The notes beneath the pieces were generated by a model, which was not told the origin of the DNA, did not search any database, and was given only the letters and a program-made list of their open reading frames with translations. A program made the position numbers and the translations under genes. 64,000 bases of DNA, taken from Trichoplax adhaerens. Taxonomy: Eukaryota > Animalia > Placozoa. The stretch is taken from positions 11,872 to 75,871 of the forward strand of contig NW_002060945.1 in the NCBI RefSeq assembly GCF_000150275.1, in the 5' to 3' direction. Positions within the stretch are counted from its first letter, which is position 1. Each line of letters begins with the position of its first letter. Positions 26,302 to 39,725 of the stretch are shown in pieces.

Positions 26302-28489
26302 ATTAAATTCTTAATATGTGACTTTTACAGGTTTTCAACTGTTTAAAATATAATTTTAGCTATATTTTTTTGTGCTTTAAGCACTCAATTTGTATCATAT
26401 AGTGCATACGTTTGAATGAATTGTTAAAAGCCTTGGCTCTTTAATAGTCTTGAGAATTTTTACCTTATATCTATTGCTAGAAAACTTGTTTTATCGTACG
26501 TTACTGTATTTGTGCACACTATCAACGATCAAAGAAAGTTTTCGGTTAATTTTGATCAAGTGCCTTTTAATCTGAAACACCTAGTATGATATAACATGCG
26601 ATCAATATAGCGAGTAGTAAGCATATCAATTTGAAAATGGAGTGCGATAGTACTCATATAACAACATACTTTATGACAAATTAGAAAGGAACAGTTATTT
26701 ATAAGTTGTTAAGTCTAGAATAAAATGTAACTCCTTCGATTTCATTTACCGATTGCATCAATTTAGTAAAGTGTTTTGGGCCTTAAACGGATCATTTTAT
26801 GACATTACATCATTTTAGAGATAATGAAGTTATGAACAGGATTGCAAAGTTTGAACTCTGCGACAGTGAAACTACCTTCAGTTTATTGCTATGAAAGATA
26901 GCAGCTAATACTATAACTACCACTGATGTATGCTACGGTACACAACACATAAATTGAAAGATTTCCTTCAATATGATATTTATCCAGCCTCATTAACTAG
27001 TACATATTATCATGGAGAGTATAAGTACTGTATATCTACTATGTTATTATGCTCATTTCGATAACACCTTCTTAGCCGAATACTGGGGTAGGGCTTTTAA
27101 AAACTCGTGAAGGCATTTCCGATCAACATCTAATATTAGAATCACGAAGCATAACCACATTACTGATTATCTTTACTTAATACACTTAGATGTCTAGAAT
27201 AAAATTTTGATTTATTTAATTTTGAAAGCAATAAAAATTTACGATCACAATCATCCTTCATATATCAACGTTCATACTATATTTTCCATAGAATTGCAAC
27301 TATTTACCAATGAGTAATTACGTGATATCTACTAAACAGAGCTATCACGTATTAATGGATACAGGAGAACATGATTATGTGTACAGATGGATCACATTCT
27401 ACAATAGTATGGATGGATACACGCTTATATATACTCGTAAGTATGCTATTTCAAGAGGGGCAACAGTACTCATCAATGGCATATATGTGTGTTCTAATTG
27501 TTTACGTTATGCAATACATTAGCTAATAGTTATGCGATATAATTAACTATAGCTAATTCTACAGTATGTATAACGAACTGAATGAATATTGTAAGAAGGG
27601 CCTTTCTTGGGATTCTCTATTCTGACTGCAACTCTGGTCTGTTATATCCCAGCGCTACTGCAAATACGTGTATATGAATTGACTTGTGTAAGGTGTCGTA
27701 GTTCTAAACTATATGCACATTGATCCTAGAAATATACCTATGAGGGTATTATTACAACCATACTATGAAACTGAGAACGTTTTGACTAAAATATCATTGA
27801 ATAATGAATCGTATAAATTCTACAACACATATGGCTATATCTATCTTATATGCTGTACGTACTACATACTACATGACAATAAGTATCTTTAAGGTTTCGA
27901 CAATGATGTGAATATTTCATATCCTCTGCAACATTTCTGAAGTTTGTTATTACACTATTAGCATCTTTCAAAAACAGGAAGTTAAAAATAAATTATCTTT
28001 TCTATCAAATATAATCTATATTATCATTTCATAAATTGATTTAAACCTCATATCATAGTTATATTAATTATAGCTGCAAATTACTGTGAAATGGCAACGA
28101 CTGCTAGTTGTACTACAACGTTACTTTCAATAATATAATTAATTCATAGACGTGATACTAATAAAAATTGACTAATAGTATAAAATTCAAGTATTGCGCA
28201 TAATTTTACCTCTAATTTTGAAAGATTAGCGCTAGAATAGAACGCAGAATGTATGCGCTAAATTAAGGATGATAGTGATATATGACAATTAACCATCTAC
28301 GAAAAAATCTCTACTATTGTCTTGCTTGATACTATTCTTTTACTAAATAATTATTGTAATAAATACATATAAACAGATTGATCATGACACACTTTGTAAT
28401 CAGAGTCCTTACAGGATAACCACAAGACAGTTAATCATCAAGAAGAAGAGACCACTGAATGTATTTGTGTAGTTCAAAGTAAGTTGGTA

Positions 28490-29656
28490 TTATACAATTC
28501 GCGGAGCCATTTGTAATGCCATTTGGTACATTTGTTTCATTAAGCCAACTTTGACTATGCCATGCTCTGCAAATCGACGACCAACCTCATAGCGTGAGAA
28601 ACGATGATTAGGTCTCAAATAAGGATAGTAAACGTGAAATCCAGGATGATTTCGTGGTCGTACCTTGATTTTACTAGCCAATATGCCAATATAGACATCA
28701 TCGATTGACTGCAGTATTTTGACGTGGGGAGCTACATCAAGCATTTGCGACAAGACATCGAAGGAGAGTACATAAGCAAAGCCAGAAACAAATGGCGGAA
28801 AGGTTTCACCTTTATAATCGTCATAGGACACATAATATTTATGTGTTTTAAGACGACATGGCTTCAAGGCAGTACGTTCAGCTAGTCGACCAACAAAAAA
28901 TTTTTGCGCTTTATTACCCATACTAGCTAAATAGTGGTAGAGTTTTGGAGCATTAACGAAGACATCATCATCACCTTTATAGATAAATACTGGTTTACAA
29001 TACTTAGCAGCCCAAGTCATACCGAATAATGTTTTACGAGTTAAATTTTTAACATGCTCGACGATATCAGTCAAGACTATGTCACCATAGAGCTTGGCTT
29101 CTTTTTCGACTAATTTCCTAATAGTAGCATTTAATGACAGGCTAACAACAAACACTGTACGCCATGCATTGCCTTTCTTGGGGCTTCTTAATGTAAAATA
29201 GCTGCTATTTCCCCATGTTTGACGGATACTTAAACGACGATGGAAATGTTCTGCTTTACTATTGATGGTCAATAGCACATATACCGGTGCTGGACAAGGT
29301 TTAAGTCCACGTTTTGGCTTGACGACTGTGCAATTTTTACAAATTGGTATTGATTTGTTGGCGTTTTCTCTATCATTATTATTTTGATTGTTAGTACTGT
29401 TGATGCAAGTTAAATTATTATCATTATTGCTTATATTGTTATTGATATCATTATTCTCCACAATAGACAATTTTTTTATTGCAGAACGTCGAAAGGCTTC
29501 TTCTGATTCAATGATGGGAATTTTTTTAACTGGCTTAGGAAATAACAAGAGTAAGAGAGTGATGCAAATAAAACAGACAAGCAAGCAATACTTGTAAAAT
29601 GTCTTCATTGCACGAGTACCAATGGCTAAAATGGTGTCCACTCTTTTAATGTACAT
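28490..29656 (-). CDS. GT31 beta-1,3-glycosyltransferase, B3GNT-like (paralog 3); intronless CDS
   Basis: ATG at 29656 (or 29608, MKTFYKY...), TM segment, Asn-rich stem. Motifs RRLSIRQTWG, NLTRKT, IYKGDDDVFVN, PPFVSGFAY, IDDVYIG. Acceptor TATTTCCAG lies just upstream of the first ATG. Confidence 0.93.
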   Translation of the reverse strand: MYIKRVDTILAIGTRAMKTFYKYCLLVCFICITLLLLLFPKPVKKIPIIESEEAFRRSAIKKLSIVENNDINNNISNNDNNLTCINSTNNQNNNDRENANKSIPICKNCTVVKPKRGLKPCPAPVYVLLTINSKAEHFHRRLSIRQTWGNSSYFTLRSPKKGNAWRTVFVVSLSLNATIRKLVEKEAKLYGDIVLTDIVEHVKNLTRKTLFGMTWAAKYCKPVFIYKGDDDVFVNAPKLYHYLASMGNKAQKFFVGRLAERTALKPCRLKTHKYYVSYDDYKGETFPPFVSGFAYVLSFDVLSQMLDVAPHVKILQSIDDVYIGILASKIKVRPRNHPGFHVYYPYLRPNHRFSRYEVGRRFAEHGIVKVGLMKQMYQMALQMAPRIV

Positions 29657-30094
29657 TGACGATGACACTGGAAATAGATGGCGGACGTAATCGATGTTCT
29701 CTTGACTAGAATCAATCCTCAGTCTCCAAGGTAGTCGATGTTTGTTGCCAATGACTTCCTCTACCTCTACAACTTAAATTACTGAATGATTGGTGGTTGA
29801 TCTTCATTGACAAGGTACCAACATTAGCTCATCCATGGCATTTGTCCGCCATTAGGTTGGGTTAGCGTCTGCAGATTGCTAGATTGCACACTACTAGTAG
29901 ATGCATCTTCCTCCGACGCTTAGTTTACAGCATGCGTTCTTGTGCGCACGCGTGAGAAGATAGGCCGCTTGATCGGACGGTCGGACATTTCTGCCACATG
30001 TGAGTCATATTAATTAATTTAATTTAATTTAATTTAATTATCACCTACTCGTAGATCATTTCCATTTGTTATAATTTCATGAAGCCAATGTTCG

Positions 30095-30905
30095 ATTCTG
30101 TAATTCGCTTATTTTTCTAAATAAAGCAGCATTGCATTGAAATCTATTCAATTTTAGTTAGTTCTGTTCGAAAGCAATTATGCAAGATCATTGATGTTGT
30201 TGAATATGTAGAAGTGATTAAGAAAAATAGACATAGAAGATCCATACGAAGTACCTAATTTTTCGTGTTTCATTGGGTCTTAAAAGTCTGTCCGTCCGAT
30301 CATGCCCAGTCTAGTCCATTCGGACGCTCGGACAATATGGCACATCTTTTACTATAATACTGGCCTATTCCATGGACTACTAAAAGAAAAGCTTACTTTT
30401 AGTAGTCCATAGCAATTATGCAAGGTAATTGATGTTGTTGAATATGTAGAAGTGATTAAGAAAAATAGACATAGAAGATCCATACGAAGTACCTAAATTT
30501 TCGTGCTTCATTGGGTGTTAACAGTCTGTCCGTCCGATCATGCCCAGTCTAGTCCATTCGGACGGTCGGACAATATGACACATCTTTTACTATAATACTG
30601 GACTATTCCATGGACTGCTAAAAGAAAAGCTTACTTTTAGTAGTCCATAACTATTTCTAACACTTCCATTCGCTCGTATTATTATGCGGATGCTCCATTC
30701 TGTAATTCACTTATTTTTCTAAATTAAGTTATATTACATTGAAATCTATTCTATAGTACTAAATTCTGTTCGAAAGCAGTTATACAACGTCATCAATGTT
30801 GTTGAATATGTACAAGTGGTTCAGAAAAATAGATATAGAAGATCCATACGAAGTAAGGAAATTTTCCATATTCAGCTTCATTGGGTCTAGAAAATTCTGC
30901 CCGTC
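30095..30905. repeat. Composite tandem repeat A-B-B-A-B' (B = 238 bp, ending in a hairpin); possible non-autonomous element
   Basis: B copies start at 30174 and 30412, with a partial copy at 30776. A copies start at 30095 and 30697. B contains GTCTGTCCGTCCG, TCGGACG(G/C)TCGGACA and the stem-loop ATGGACTACTAAAAG-9nt-CTTTTAGTAGTCCAT (30372-30410; second copy 30610-30648 with one mismatch). Confidence 0.9.
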
Positions 30906-31009
30906 TAAGATTCTACTACAAAGCCTCTTGACCAAGTCTCTCTTTCAGGCCCTTGCATGATATCAGACCGATATTACGACGTAAAATGGTCAGACCAACC
31001 ACACAAGTA

Positions 31010-31265
31010 TCCATGACTGATTGTTTGCATTCGAGATTTTAAAGAAATAAAATCAGTATTCAATACTGCGTTAAAAAGGAATAAAAACATCAAGCACCAG
31101 AGACTAATAGATCCATTCGAAATTTAAAAAAATAAAATTACTCAACACTGCAATAAAAATTAATAAAAATCAAGTGCCAGTGACTGTTGGTTTGTATTGG
31201 AAATTTCAAAGAAATAAAAATGACTCAATACTGCAATAAAATGTAATAAAAAAATCAAGAGCCAA
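31010..31265. repeat. Degenerate tandem repeat, about 3 copies of ~80-85 bp
   Basis: AAATAAAA..ACTCAA.ACTGC.ATAAAA..AATAAAAA.TCAAG.(G/A)CCA recurs three times. Confidence 0.75.
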
Positions 31266-33884
31266 ATTGCTCAAACTTATACTAATCTGTCTGCGTGGAA
31301 TTTGAGCTAGATTGAAAATGTATTTTCTGAATAATTGAAAGATATAATTTAATGCAACACTATGGTTGAATATCTTTCAGCCTTTAGTTATAGAGGGCTC
31401 ACTACGCCTATGTAATGCCTATCTAACACCGGGTCTCTAAATAATATATAATGTACACGAATAGTCTTTTTCTATGTCTGCACTGCAGTATTTTACAACT
31501 TTCTTCTGTAATCTTTCACTATAGAATTTTATACACAGACAAGTCATATTTTGCAACATTTTATTGAACGCTTACTACTTGAATTTACAGATATTATTAT
31601 GTGGGAAACCAGATATAATGCAAGACGGACATATGTACTGTATGTTACTTCATGCAAAAGATATTGAATCAAATTATACGCGTATTATCATGGTATTATT
31701 GATTTTGATATTTGTTATTACATCCGATCTACTATACTTAATTAATTGCAGCCTAATATGTACCAGAATAGCCATACAATTATTTATCACTAATTTCATA
31801 GTGAAATATTCTCTGCTTACAATCACTAGCTATACACTAAATTATATTAATTTTATTTTAATGAAATTAACGTTCCAGACTTCAGCGGTGATTAATTAGT
31901 AAATAAAATAAATGCAGATGTTAAGTGTGTAGGAGGTCAGAAAAGATAGTCTTTAATTGAAATTGACGTTCCATACTTCATAAAGGGATTAATTTGTAAA
32001 TATAATAAATGCAAATCTTGCGTGTAGGAAATCAGTAAAGATAGTGTTTAATGATGTGATGTTATTAGGAGATATTCTCACCTACATGATGTAAGTAATA
32101 ACAATATAACTGTAATTTGTGTGCCAATGTATTGGTGGACTAGCCAGATACTGTATATAAAGGAGCTAACACTAAATAAAGTGGGTATTTTATTGTTGGC
32201 CTAATTCTGCGCTTTTCGAAATTGTCCTCAGCCGGATACATAACAGCAGGTATAATGTTATAAGTTAAAAAGATACTGCATTAACAGAAAATTATGTATG
32301 ATAAAAACCAAATATCATGTTTTCTATTCTCTTTAACTTTTAATGTGATCTTTTAGATGGTAGCTAGGCTAGATATGCTAACAAATTTAAAAATTGATTC
32401 CGTCCAATAAAATTGAGTCAAATATCAGCATAATCTATAAGGACTGTAATTAAAATTTCGCACAACTATAATATCGACATATGGACTTTTAAAATATCTT
32501 AGTAAAGGTATCTGATCATAGCTCATTAGTGGAACCTGGAAAATTGATGTAGCCACCAAATATAGATATTTAGAATAGTTACCGGTTCATTTGGTCTAGT
32601 CGAAGGGAATCTATATCATAACGAACAAGACCTCATATACCTGTAACATTACGAATCACATAATACAAACACAATAGTAATCTTTTAGATCAAATAATGG
32701 AATAATAAGTTAACCGTGAAAATTATCATGTTTAACAACAATCTAATGTGGATGTAACCTGGAGAATCCCTAAATACGATTTTGCAATATTTTACTTAAT
32801 TAATGAATCAAATGAATCTGATATCTGATAGCTTATCCGATCCACTACATTTTTTTGTATATATTGTGATGATGGCTAACAATCATTTCTAAGATAAGCT
32901 TTTTCCTAATTTTCGTCGACTTAGTAAGGAAAACGAAAAGAAATTACAGTATATCTTGAAATTCATATTGATTCCCAGTATCATTAAGACATCGTATAAA
33001 CTTTCATACACTAAATTAATAATCTAATATATGTTGCATACCACGCTGTGTCTTACAAGCAGTATAGCATTTGCTTGATTAATATACGTAGGTATGCTTC
33101 GAGCTAATACATAACTGTTTCCGTGAACTGAGTAAAGGACGCACGGTATAAAAATATGATTTTCATAAAACTACTGCCATTTTCATAGTGCCGTGTACCG
33201 TATATACTTAAATATACTGCTGGTACTATTATCTAAGCCTTGCATGTAAATTGTAATAGTTAAATGCAACAAACCTACGACTTACAATATTCTTTCCACC
33301 AATACTAATGACGAAGGACTTTGAAAAAATTTTATTGCGGGTTCTCTTTAACAAAATTTCTACAACAGCAGAAGTAATTTCAAAAGTAGCTAGCTTTATA
33401 TCTTCTAACCTTAATCACGCACAGCTACTGGAGTATATGCATAAAACTTAACATTTTAGTAAATAATATTGACAATCATATATTTTAAGATCTAAATGTG
33501 TATAACTTTATGCTATACTTTGAATACGCTAGAAGATGCATATAGCACGAGATTGAGCACGACCCTAGCACGATCTGACCCTTAAGCTTATAAATTAGGT
33601 ATCTAAAAAATTCATTGGCCCTTACCCAAAAATAGATTAGTTTTACAATTCTAAATCTACTAACAACCTATCTTGCATAGTAATATATTATTATTGCAGT
33701 ACAAGTACCGTGAACTTTTTAGAGTATTGATTTAGTTTATTTATTTCCCTAGATTGTTTATAGTCCCAAGATCATCAATAGAAATCATTGAATCGTATCA
33801 CCAGTCTTAATACAAGAATTAAATTCTTGAATTACTGTCTTTGGTTTTATGCGAAATCAAAATTGATTAATTCTTTATAATGAT

Positions 33885-34548
33885 AATAAGACCTTACACT
33901 TATAACTGCTAACTTCAGATAGCTCTATATTTTTGAAACGATATTTGTAATCTCCATAACAATAACATGATTTTACTTATACTTATAACCGCTAAATGTA
34001 GAGAGCTCTATATTGTTGAGAAGCCATTTGTAACCCTCACAACGATGACATGACCTTACTTTTACTTAAAACTATTAATTCTAAATAGCTCCACATTGTT
34101 AAAACGCTATTTGTAATCTTCACAACAATAACATGACCTTATAATTATAAAATGCTAGCTTTAAATAACTCTATATTATTGAAATGGTATTTGTAATCTT
34201 CACAACAATAATATGACCTTGCACATACAGTACTTATAACTGCTAGCTTTAGACAGCTCTTTGTGCTGAAATGATATTTGTAATCTCCAGAACAACTACA
34301 TGACCTTGCTTGCACCTAAAGCTGCTAACTTTAAAATAGATCTACATTGTTGAAACGAATTATAACCTCCACCACAACAGCATGATCTTACTTATACTTA
34401 TAACTGTTAACTTGAAATAGCTCTCTATATATATTGTTAAAACCCAATTTATAATCTTAACAACGACAACATGACCTTACTTACGCTTATAACTGTTAAC
34501 TTTAAATAGCTCTATATTGTTGAAACGCCATTTATAATCTTCAAACAA
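33885..34548. repeat. Minisatellite, about 8 copies of ~83 bp
   Basis: ACATGACCTTACTTATACTTATAACTGCTAACTTTAAATAGCTCTATATTGTTGAAACG..ATTTGTAATCT.CACAAC recurs at about 33890, 33968, 34051, 34135, 34214, 34301, 34383 and 34472. Confidence 0.92.
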
Positions 34549-36218
34549 TATTAATATTATTAAAAAGTGTATCAAACTGTTAGATAATTGGGCTTTGTAC
34601 ACATTTTTAATAGTTCTGCGCAGATGGTAATTAATTGATACACTAGAGTAGGCGTGACGGGTATTCTAAAGTTAAGATTATAAAGTAAGGTAATAAGATA
34701 TGTTCATGGACGTAATCTATTAATGAATTTTTTGTTAACAATTCTTACATAATTTAGATGTTGATATTTATGAAGATAAGTTGTGGACCTTAAATTTTCT
34801 TTTTATGAAGGAAAATTGTGCTACACTGTTAAATAAAAAGATTTTTTGATTTTCGAATTTCATAATTGAATTAGATTAGGTTTAAATGGAATATTTTTTA
34901 TCTGAGATTTGTAAAGTTTCTAATTAGTAAATTACCAGGTAGCTATATGATTGAGCCCGAATGTAGTGACAAAAGAAGGAAAAAATGAACTTGCATAAAT
35001 TTAATTTCCAAAAAAATCTTTCAGAGTTTGGTACTTGTTTCTTCCACCTTAAACTTAAGTACTAGCAATGCAAATAAAAAACAGACTGCTGACTACGAAG
35101 CTAGAGCGATAGATCATAATATCAGCTAGATTATAAATCTAATAAGAGCAAGTTAATATGGATTTATCTGTAAGCAAAGTAATGAATTTACTATATAGCA
35201 TCGCAATAATATTCATATAAATTAAATACAGCTAAGTTAGCGGAATATGTACTGAAATGATAAGTTTACAAAGAAATATGTTAAGTGCGAGAGGATATAA
35301 AGGTTATACTTTACTATATGCAGTACCGATTAAAGAAGCTACACACAATGTGTATTGAAAGAACAAATATGCTTGCGAGAATGGTTTAAGAGACAGAAAG
35401 TATAAAGGTCATATTTTTTCTATTTGATATGTTGATTAAGGCTACAGCTCTTTATAGTTACCAAAAATGCCTTAGCACAGCTAAAGTTGAACAGAAATTG
35501 TATTGTAATAACAAATTTGCTTGAGAAATTAATCTGCGAGACAGAAAATTTGAACGAAATATTTTTCACATTTGGCTGCCAAAGTAATACATTTAGGCAG
35601 CTATATGTGCGGTAACAGTGATATATGAGCATCTATTTGACCATCTTTCCTTTCTTGTAATTCATGAATAGGTATGCTAAGTTAGACCAGTTAAGTTATT
35701 GACTACAGACAGCCAGTGAATAAAATCAGTAAACCAAGATACTTCCTTTTGTATTAACATTAATACACAAAGTAATACCATACTTTGTCAACGCTGCACA
35801 TTAGATATAGATGTTATCATAGATATAGATATTGCATGGAAGTTAATACGGAATATGATAGACTATACTGGTTAAGAGCCATATATAATATAGGTATAGA
35901 TATAATGTTGGATGCACAAGTAGATAAAAAATGTAGACACTTAAAGAGCAGATTTCTATCTTCGCTTCTCGAAAAGACCGGAAGTGAAATAGTAATCAAT
36001 CAATTATTGATAATAAGAACTACATTTGTTAAATTACAGTGTGACGGAAACATTGAACCAATAGGTATTTTTATTTTTCACGCTAGCATCGTGATCGTCC
36101 TATGCAGGAAAACGATAACCAACAATTTCTCATTCTAAGTGATAGCAACTTCCATCCGTAATTCGATCCAACTGGTAAATTGCCCTGCAATTTTAAGGTG
36201 CAATTATAATAGATTATC

Positions 36219-37304
36219 ATGAGTTCATATGATAATTTTACAAATTTGGATAATGGATCTCAAAGTACAAGAGATTCACTAGGCTTTGGGGAATACGTGA
36301 TCTCTTCAGTTTATGCGCTTATAGCCTTCATCTCGGTCACATCCAATTTAATGTTTTGTTTGATCATTTACAATTATAAGAAAAAATCATCAACTACAAA
36401 AGCTATAGAATATCTCTTCATGAATTTAGCTATTGCCGATATGATAGGAGGCATATTATTGGTAATTGTACCTGGTTTCGTTATTCCTAAACCCATCTAT
36501 CCTATTCCTCATGTTGGGCTTGATGTATTTTGTAGTCTAATTTGGTCGAATAGCTTATTTTTTTTGGCAGGTTTTATTTCAGCGTGGACATTATTAACCA
36601 TTAGTATCGATCGGTGGTGTGCTATTGCTAGGCCATTTTCTTACAAAGAGTTTTGTACTAAAAAGAAAATGCTCATTATGATCGTAATAATATGGATTGC
36701 GAATATTGGCTTAGAAATACCTAATATCTTAAGCTTTACTGCTAATCCTAATGGCACTGGTTGTCAATCATCTAATTGGGTAGGTTCTATTGATCGAAAG
36801 GCCATAGTTACAGTAGTCCAGCTCATTCGTATATTTATACCAAGTTTTATTATCGCGGTTGTTTATATGGATATTGGATGGCGAATACTTTTTGCTGGTT
36901 GTCATAAAAGGATCAGAACTGATAGTAACCTTAGTGCGAATATCAATCACACTTCTCAACGCGATGCTCTTATCCGCAAGCAAGTAACTATTATGAGTTT
37001 CATAGCTGCAATTGTTTTCTTAATTTGTTGGCTGCCAAATGAAACTTATTATACAGCAGCATTATACCATCCAAGGTTGTTTAAAAATGTTACTTTTCGT
37101 CGCGTTACCAAATTGCTAACGGGACTTAATTCAGCTCTTAATCCTTTAATCTATGCAATTTCCAATAAATTTTATCGTCAGGCATTTATGGAATTACTTC
37201 GCTGCAGAATATCTAAAATAGGAGCAGTGAAGAATCCGCTATATTTCCCCGTATTCGTCTCGCGCCATACTGCTCTCGTTAAACCATCAGAAATTGGAAT
37301 ATGA
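36219..37304 (+). CDS. Class A (rhodopsin-like) GPCR, single exon, orphan peptide-receptor-like
   Basis: 361-aa ORF with 7 hydrophobic segments, N-terminal N-glycosylation sequons, TM2 NLAIAD, TM3 SIDRW, TM6 FLICWLP, TM7 NSALNPLIY and Cys in TM3 and ECL2. Confidence 0.95.
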   Translation: MSSYDNFTNLDNGSQSTRDSLGFGEYVISSVYALIAFISVTSNLMFCLIIYNYKKKSSTTKAIEYLFMNLAIADMIGGILLVIVPGFVIPKPIYPIPHVGLDVFCSLIWSNSLFFLAGFISAWTLLTISIDRWCAIARPFSYKEFCTKKKMLIMIVIIWIANIGLEIPNILSFTANPNGTGCQSSNWVGSIDRKAIVTVVQLIRIFIPSFIIAVVYMDIGWRILFAGCHKRIRTDSNLSANINHTSQRDALIRKQVTIMSFIAAIVFLICWLPNETYYTAALYHPRLFKNVTFRRVTKLLTGLNSALNPLIYAISNKFYRQAFMELLRCRISKIGAVKNPLYFPVFVSRHTALVKPSEIGI

Positions 37305-39725
37305 TTTCATGGCTTCACAAAATGCTACCTTTCATACAAGATTATATAGCCCACGAAAGTAAAAAAATGTTAACTATGTTTCATAGTTAAAGATTTCTAT
37401 CAACTTTTACGAAGGTGCTAACACTGTACTACTCTCTAAAAATAGAATTCTGTTTCACTTTTTCTTAGACTGTGTGTGATCATGAGAGAAAAAAAAATTA
37501 AGTCAATTGACAAATTCCGTCAATTTTGGTCAGGGTATTATTCCAAATCATTAATAAGAAAATTTTCATCATCATCGCATATTTTTGTAAGAGATTAAAC
37601 CTTCAATTCAATGATGAGTTATGTGTTTTTTTCAATTCTTTGTTCCTAACATTAATGAATAATTTCGTTATAACCACTTTTAGTGAGACATAGATCTACT
37701 TAATTATGATATAGCTTTGCCTATTGTCTCTCTTTCATAATTATGCACACATTATACAGTACTGCCGATTAATTTAAATGCTCATGTATAATTCTCGTTG
37801 ATGTTAGCTGACCCAATAAAATTCTAAATAAATAATTACTATATAATTGTACTATAAAGATTGTGGACGAATTTAAGTTACGATTTATCCATTGCTTTGG
37901 TTGTAGATTGTCATAGGCAAGAATTATTTGATGAAAACTCATCGTTATCATATGATCATTATACTTTAGTTAGTATTGAGGGTATTAAAATCATTTATTC
38001 AATGAACAATTATAACTATTGCAAAACCTTTAATTTTTATTATATTGATCTTTAGTCTACTGCAAGATATTGCTATCGGTACATATTCTAAAATATCAGA
38101 ACTAATTTAATAACTTGGTTTTCTCTTTTTCTGAATGTCAGTTTGCCAGTATGTACTGTATTTCCACTTTTTCTCTTTTTAGCACCTGCGGCAGTTTGCT
38201 AATTCTATATAAATACGCGCATATCTATATAATGGAAATGATAATGATAAATTATGCGCTCTAATTATGTTTATCTTATAACTGCTTATTAATTTAAGGT
38301 GGATTATTTACTCGATAATTGGTAATAAATGTTGCATTAGGTACCATTAATTAGCGATGAGGGAGCAGAAAATTAACGTCAACCCTAGCAAACGAGAGGG
38401 TGCAAGTAATATAGTAAATACTGTAAATGCTGTTAAAGACAACATAGCTAAATATTGCGCAGTACGGTCTATAATCTTGAATGCGTGTTTGATCAAGCCA
38501 TGATACTTTAAATTCTGTATTTTATTAGTTCTGAAATAATACTATTAAACTATAACAGTATTGAAACGTAATATAGAGCGCAATATACAGTAATTTAGGT
38601 ATGAAATTTCAAGGTTACGTGGACGTTTTAGCACAGCCACTTTGGCCTGGCTGTTATTGTAATTATCAGCAACATTTTAAAACTAGTTCTGTAATCGGTA
38701 GTTTGTAGCATTATTCAATGATTAGGCAGTGAATTGGAATTTCTTACAATATTATCATAAATAAAAATTATAAAAGGTTTTATAACCAGCCACCGACACT
38801 GTCTACATGTTACCGTATCAAATACTGTCGATAAATATTTTAGTAGGTAGTAAACTTGATACGAAGCAAGACCAGCACATTCGGGCACACACATGTAAAT
38901 ACATAGAGTGCATTTTAATTACGCTTTATGGTATTTTCGGTTAATGGATATCAAACTATGATATTATGGTAGGACATAATAATAGTCATTGCTACGTTTT
39001 CCTAACTATATTCAATCAATAACAGTCCAGCATGAGCTAGAATGGTCATACAGCTATTCAGGGCTAATTTTTACAGTTAAATATTCTCTACTCAAAACTC
39101 CTAGTTTATACGGTGCTGTAGATTTAATTTATTTAATGAAATTGACGTACTGTACTTCATATGGTCACTGATATCTATCTTTTAAAACCATTTTTATAAT
39201 AAGTGCCAATACAATATAACGAGTTAAAGCTATAGTTAATTATATTTTGACGATGCATTAACAGGAAATTGCATGAGGTATAAATAGAATATCGTATCAT
39301 TTTAATACGAGAACTGCATTAAAGATACATAAAAAATATTTGTCATCCAATATAAGCAATGACTTTTTTTGTTCATCGCAGCTACTATGACTAATACTAG
39401 TATTGTACTTACAGTACCAGTAAATACTATCCCTAGAGTTTTATAGCATGTATTAAATTGACATATTACACATATATTGCAAAATAAAGCTATAAAGATT
39501 CAAATCAGTAATTGGATTTTAATTAGTTTTAAACACATTTTTGGCATAGATCAAATCATATGATAGTGTTAATTAAATATATTAGTTATTTAATAAATTT
39601 TTACCCATCAATGCTTTACTATATACTGCATGAGATGGACCAAAATCGAGTTTTAATACTTCAAGTAGCCTAATAGAAAGGCATGATTGGCCTAGATAAA
39701 TATTCATATAAAGTCTTGATCACTC

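Noticed and set aside
6711-29597. Antisense ORFs overlapping the GT31 and SNX13 genes (for example 6711-6965, 12677-12871, 13156-13425, 21240-21470, 24003-24188, 29388-29597)
   Set aside because: Shadow frames of real coding sequence.
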